In this document: piece by piece, positions 36,609 to 37,213 of the stretch
How positions within the stretch are numbered: the stretch's first letter is position 1
How the letters are laid out: every line of letters starts with the position of its first letter
NCBI GenBank assembly: GCA_035401985.1
Contig: DAONCJ010000001.1
Coordinates: forward strand, 1 to 37,213
Origin: Burkholderiaceae bacterium
GTDB taxonomy: Bacteria; Pseudomonadota; Gammaproteobacteria; Burkholderiales; Burkholderiaceae_E
Direction: 5' to 3'
DNA: 37,213 nt
Notes under the pieces: generated by a model
Database searches by the model: none
What the model was told of the DNA's origin: nothing
Seen by the model: the letters and a program-made list of their open reading frames with translations, nothing else
Program-made: the position numbers and the translations under genes

Positions 36609-37213
36609 TCAGGCCGTCACACCGCGCCGGCTCACCGCATGCTCGAAGGCCGCCAGCCGCACGGCAAACCGGCCGGCAAGGTCCGCCGGCCGGATCGCCA
36701 CATCGGCGGGCCGCGGCAGCGTCTCGAAGAAGTGGCAGGCCACCCGATGTCCAGGCGCCGCCTCGCGCAACAGCGGCTCTTCCTGCTCGCAGCGCGGCTG
36801 CCGGTGCGGGCAGCGGGTATGGAAGCGGCACCCGGACGGCGGGTTGATCGCACTGGGCACGTCGCCCGTCAGGATGATCCTCTGACGCTGCGCGCCGGGG
36901 TCGGGCCGGGGAATCGCCGACAGCAGGGCCTGCGTATAGGGATGCAGAGGCGCGGCATACAGCGTGCGCTTGTCGGCGGTCTCGACCAGCTTGCCCAGAT
37001 ACATCACCGCGACGCGGTCGCTGATGTGCTTGACCACCGCCAGGTCGTGGGCGATGAACAAGTACGACAGCCCGAACCGCTTCTGCAGGTTCTGCAGCAG
37101 GTTGACCACCTGCGCCTGGATCGAGACATCGAGCGCCGACACCGGCTCGTCGCAGACGATGAGGTCGGGGTTGACCGCCAGTGCCCGCGCGATGCCGATG
37201 CGCTGGCGCTGCC
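36609..37213 (-). CDS. Oligopeptide/dipeptide ABC transporter ATPase (OppF/DppF-like), 5' end outside the window
   Basis: Motifs [51 protein letters not shown]. Confidence 0.93.
   Translation of the reverse strand, partial: QRQRIGIARALAVNPDLIVCDEPVSALDVSIQAQVVNLLQNLQKRFGLSYLFIAHDLAVVKHISDRVAVMYLGKLVETADKRTLYAAPLHPYTQALLSAIPRPDPGAQRQRIILTGDVPSAINPPSGCRFHTRCPHRQPRCEQEEPLLREAAPGHRVACHFFETLPRPADVAIRPADLAGRFAVRLAAFEHAVSRRGVTA

Overview
GC-rich bacterial DNA, gene-dense, in a style consistent with a Betaproteobacterium (my inference). No rRNA, tRNA, CRISPR array or mobile element was recognised. Three blocks. (1) 1-19200: a minus-strand surface-polysaccharide operon of at least 15 genes that runs off the left edge. 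It holds a GT2, an FAD oxidoreductase, a polysaccharide deacetylase, two AsnB-like amidotransferases, a complete WbpA/B/E/D/I-like set (diacetamido-uronic acid pathway), a multi-pass membrane protein, a GT32, a Pro-rich-linker polysaccharide-lyase-like exported protein and two GT4s, plus a divergent flippase-like gene. (2) 19238-25415: gamma-glutamyltransferase, amidase, soluble GGDEF cyclase and an orphan solute-binding lipoprotein. (3) 25419-37213: a CoA-dependent catabolic cluster (two paralogous acyl-CoA ligases, Liv-type ABC transporter, SCP2-type thiolase + DUF35 partner, two crotonases) and a partial Opp/Dpp ATPase. The best candidate for an undescribed system is a lipid-carrier-type glycan-tailoring module (GT2 + FAD oxidoreductase + deacetylase + flippase-like + GT-C-like membrane protein) inside the diacetamido-uronate cluster. 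All family calls come from reading motifs by eye; no database search was run.
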